A DNA stretch of 63,925 bases, the filler included, from an uncultured Acidimicrobiia bacterium (GTDB taxonomy: Bacteria > Actinomycetota > Acidimicrobiia > Spongiisociales > JAOTWH01): the NCBI GenBank assembly GCA_964347285.1. It is 6 parts of 6 records of this genome, joined end to end, with 100 filler letters (N's around TTAATTAATTAA, not from the genome) between each part and the next. Parts side by side here need not be neighbours in the genome. Positions count along the whole stretch, not along the records: positions 61,053 to 63,925 come from CAYFYE010000161.1; 5 more parts are not named here. One strand, given 5' to 3'. Position 1 is the first letter of the stretch. Each line of letters starts with the position of its first letter. The translations under genes were made by a program, and so were the position numbers. This document shows positions 61,055 to 63,925 of this stretch, one piece after another. The notes beneath the pieces were generated by a model. That model saw only the letters and a program-made list of their open reading frames with translations. It had not been told where the DNA came from and made no database searches.

Positions 61055-62368
61055 GATCCGGAACTGACCTCTGCGCTCGGTGCCGCCCTGGTGCTCGGCC
61101 TTCAGGGATCCCGAGGAGGTCGGCCGGCAGTCCTCGCCTGCGCCAAGCACTTCGTCGGCGACGGGGCCACGTCGTGGGGCACGGCGCCCCGTCTCGACTG
61201 GGTCCACTGGTGGGACGGCTGGGGTGAGAACTGGCGGATCGACCAAGGCGACGCTCGGATCTCTGAGGCCGAGCTCCGCTCCGTACATCTCCGTCCGTAT
61301 GTCGCCGCCATCGAGGCGGGTCTCATGACCGTGATGGCGTCCTACAGCTCGTGGAACGGCGTGAAGCTCCATGCCCACCGTGGCCTGCTCACGGACGTGT
61401 TGAAGAGGGAACTCAACTTTCGGGGATTCGTGGTGTCGGATTGGATGGGCGTCGACCAGATCGCCTCCAGCTACGAGACGAGCGTCGTCAGGGCCATCAA
61501 CGCCGGCGTCGACATGGTGATGGTGCCCCACGACTTCCGCCGCTTCCTCGACCTCATGAACCGAGCCACGTCGACGGGACGTATCTCCATGCAGCGGATC
61601 GACGACGCAGTGTGCAGGATCCTCAGAGCGAAATTCGCAGCCGGTCTCGCCGATCCCGAGCACGAGGCCCCGCCCCTCAGCGTCGTCGGCTCGGCCGAGC
61701 ATCGCGCCCTCGCGGCCGAGGCGGTGCGGCGCAGCGCGGTCCTCTTGAAGAACGACGGAGTGCTTCCCCTTCCACATAACGTCCGATCGATCGAGGTGGC
61801 GGGTACCTCCGCAAACGACATCGGGCTCCAGTGCGGAGGTTGGACCGTGGGCTGGCAGGGCGGCACGGGGCCGACCACGCCGGGCACTACCCTGCTCGAC
61901 GGGCTGCGCGCCGCCACCCGTTCTCACGTCGACTACGACCCCTCGGGGCAGTTCTCCGGCCCGGATCGCAGCGACGTCGGCATCGTGTGCATAGCCGAGC
62001 CGCCTTACGCCGAAGGGCCGGGCGATTGCGCCACACCGGCTGCCAGCGACGAAGACCGTGCCGCGTTCGCCAGGATGCGACACCGCGCCGACGTGCTGGT
62101 TCTCGTGGTCTACTCGGGCCGGCCGCTGGTGATCCCGGATCTCATCGACCAGGCCGACGCCGTCGTGGCCGCCTGGCTCCCCGGGACCGAAGGCGCCGCC
62201 CTGGGTGGGCTGCTGGCCGGGCTTCATCGATTCGAGGCGCGGACACCGCAGCCCTGGCCCCGTTCGTCTGGTGCCCTCGAGGATCCGGGTGCAACCCCTC
62301 TCTATCCAGCCGGGTACGGACTCGATCTCTCTGTGGCCGACGCGCCGGCCGACCGGGGGTCACGGTGA
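61055..62368 (+). CDS. Glycoside hydrolase family 3 beta-glucosidase/exo-glucanase (5' truncated)
   Basis: CAKHFVGDG, VMASYSSWNG, FVVSDW (nucleophile Asp), VLLKN, QCGGWT, PYAEG, AWLPGTEG. Confidence 0.92.
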   Translation, partial: DPELTSALGAALVLGLQGSRGGRPAVLACAKHFVGDGATSWGTAPRLDWVHWWDGWGENWRIDQGDARISEAELRSVHLRPYVAAIEAGLMTVMASYSSWNGVKLHAHRGLLTDVLKRELNFRGFVVSDWMGVDQIASSYETSVVRAINAGVDMVMVPHDFRRFLDLMNRATSTGRISMQRIDDAVCRILRAKFAAGLADPEHEAPPLSVVGSAEHRALAAEAVRRSAVLLKNDGVLPLPHNVRSIEVAGTSANDIGLQCGGWTVGWQGGTGPTTPGTTLLDGLRAATRSHVDYDPSGQFSGPDRSDVGIVCIAEPPYAEGPGDCATPAASDEDRAAFARMRHRADVLVLVVYSGRPLVIPDLIDQADAVVAAWLPGTEGAALGGLLAGLHRFEARTPQPWPRSSGALEDPGATPLYPAGYGLDLSVADAPADRGSR

Positions 62369-62407
62369 GGCAACGCAAGGCAGCTCACGAATGAGGAGGA
62401 ATCGCCG

Positions 62408-63925
62408 GTGGGTCTGAGGGCAACCGAACGGTCGGTGGGCGAGGGCCTCGTCGAGCTCGATGGCGAGGGCTACTACGCCGTGCCCGATGTCGACCATGTG
62501 CCGCCGTTCCTCATGAGCGTCGTCAGCGACGGCGATCGCTGGATGTTCGTCTCGAGCACCGGGGCCCTCACCGCTGGAAGAACTGATGCCTCCGGAGCCC
62601 TGTTCCCCTACGAGACAGACGATCGTCTCCACGCCGCCGCCGGCACCGTCGGCCCAATTACCGCAATTCGCGTTCCCACCGGCGAAGACGAGGAGGCGTG
62701 GCATCCATTCCGGCACGGGTCCCAGCCTCCGGTCCGCCGCTACCTGTACAAGTCGGTGGTCGGCGATTCGATCCTGTTCGAGGAGGTCCACCCTCGACTG
62801 CGGCTCGCATTCCGGTACCGCTGGGCCAGCAGCGATCGGTTCGGGTTCGTCAGGACGGCGACCCTCGTCAACGACGGCGACCGGCCGGTTCGAGTCGAAC
62901 TGGTGGACGGCTTGCTGAATCTCCTTCCCTACGGACTCGACCCGTCGCTCTACCAGAGCATGAGCAACCTCACCAACGCCTACAAGCGAAGCGAGATCAT
63001 CGACCCCGACAGTCGTCTTGCCGTCTTCTCGCTCGAATCACGCGTGTCCGATCGTCCCGAGCCCACCGAGGTACTCCGGGGTTCGGTGGCCTGGTCGGTG
63101 GGCCTCGAGGGCGCTTCCGTCACCGTCAGCCCGGATACCTTGGCCGACTTTGAGGCCGGCCGCACCGCCAACAACGTCTCCCTGCTCACCGGACGACCCG
63201 GTGCGTACTTGCTGTGCGGCAGCGTCGACTTGGACCCGGGGCACGAGACGTCATGGCACATCGTGTCCGACGTTGCCCAGGATCAGATCGCCGTCGCCGA
63301 CCTGCGCAGGCTGCTCAACTCCGAGGCCGATCTGGCGGCCACCGTCACGGTCTCCCTTCGCGAGGCGACACGGTCGCTCGGCGAGATCATGGCGCCTGCC
63401 GACGCGCTCCAACGGACCGGCGATCGCGTCGCCACCGCCCACCACTTCGCCAACGTCACCTACAACGTGATGCGGGGCGGCATCCCGCTTTCCGGGTATG
63501 AGATAACAACCTACGACTTCGCCAGGTTCGTGCTCGAGCGGAACCGCAAGGTAGCGGACCGCCACCGCACCTGGTTCGAGTCGCTACCGCAGGCGATCGA
63601 CAGGAAGGCACTCCTCGAAGAGATCAGCCGCAACGGCGACGCGCCCCTCATGCGGCTCGGCCTCGAATACCTGCCATTCAGCTTCTCCCGCCGCCACGGC
63701 GACCCGAGCCGACCCTGGAACACCTTCTCGATCCGTGTGCGCGACGCCGACGGCCAGCCCCTCGTCTACTACGAAGGCAACTGGCGCGACATCTTCCAGA
63801 ATTGGGAGGCGTTGTGCATGAGCTTCCCCGAGTACCTGCCTGGGGTGATATCCGTCTTCGTCAACGCGTCCACGCCGGATGGCTTCAACCCCTATCGCAT
63901 CACCCGCCAAGGCATCGACTGGGAA
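62408..63925 (+). CDS. Probable GH149-type beta-1,3-glucan phosphorylase (3' end beyond window)
   Basis: GTG after SD GAGGAGG; open to the window end; PPFLMSVVSDGDRWMFVSSTGALTAGR, FSRRHGDPSRPWNTFSI, YEGNWRDIFQNWEAL, NASTPDGFNPYRI. Confidence 0.72.
   Translation, partial: MGLRATERSVGEGLVELDGEGYYAVPDVDHVPPFLMSVVSDGDRWMFVSSTGALTAGRTDASGALFPYETDDRLHAAAGTVGPITAIRVPTGEDEEAWHPFRHGSQPPVRRYLYKSVVGDSILFEEVHPRLRLAFRYRWASSDRFGFVRTATLVNDGDRPVRVELVDGLLNLLPYGLDPSLYQSMSNLTNAYKRSEIIDPDSRLAVFSLESRVSDRPEPTEVLRGSVAWSVGLEGASVTVSPDTLADFEAGRTANNVSLLTGRPGAYLLCGSVDLDPGHETSWHIVSDVAQDQIAVADLRRLLNSEADLAATVTVSLREATRSLGEIMAPADALQRTGDRVATAHHFANVTYNVMRGGIPLSGYEITTYDFARFVLERNRKVADRHRTWFESLPQAIDRKALLEEISRNGDAPLMRLGLEYLPFSFSRRHGDPSRPWNTFSIRVRDADGQPLVYYEGNWRDIFQNWEALCMSFPEYLPGVISVFVNASTPDGFNPYRITRQGIDWE

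Overview
This is not one continuous locus. It is six assembly contigs from a high-GC actinomycete-like genome (Acidimicrobiia-like by gene order and style; inference), joined by 100-nt N-TTAATTAATTAA-N linkers, so no neighbourhood inference can cross a linker. Contig 1 (1-12594): housekeeping rseP-ispG-proS-rimP-nusA-infB-DUF503-rbfA-DHH-truB-ribF. Contig 2 (12695-25153): accessory mosaic with an integrase remnant, serine hydrolase, orphan Leu/Ile/Val-type binding protein, several interdigitated gene remnants, a stand-alone OLD-family ATPase/TOPRIM gene and an operon of a Na+/K+-ATPase-like (P2C-motif) P-type ATPase with two TrkA/RCK genes. Contig 3 (25254-37231): GNAT, ndh, DrrAB-type ABC exporter, MBL-rph-rdgB, six tRNAs around a motif-degenerate ABC ATPase, tig-clpP-clpX. 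Contig 4 (37332-49297): methyltransferase, a PPDK-like protein whose PEP-binding barrel is replaced by another domain, amidase, kbl-tdh, GcvT-family dehydrogenase, and a c-di-GMP-II-type riboswitch ahead of a Thr-rich surface protein. Contig 5 (49398-60952): nuoG-N. Contig 6 (61053-63925): GH3 plus a probable GH149 beta-1,3-glucan phosphorylase missed by the ORF track. The best candidates for under-described systems are the P2C-like ATPase + TrkA pair, the PPDK-like fusion and the variant c-di-GMP-II riboswitch. All family calls come from motif recognition by eye; no searches were run.
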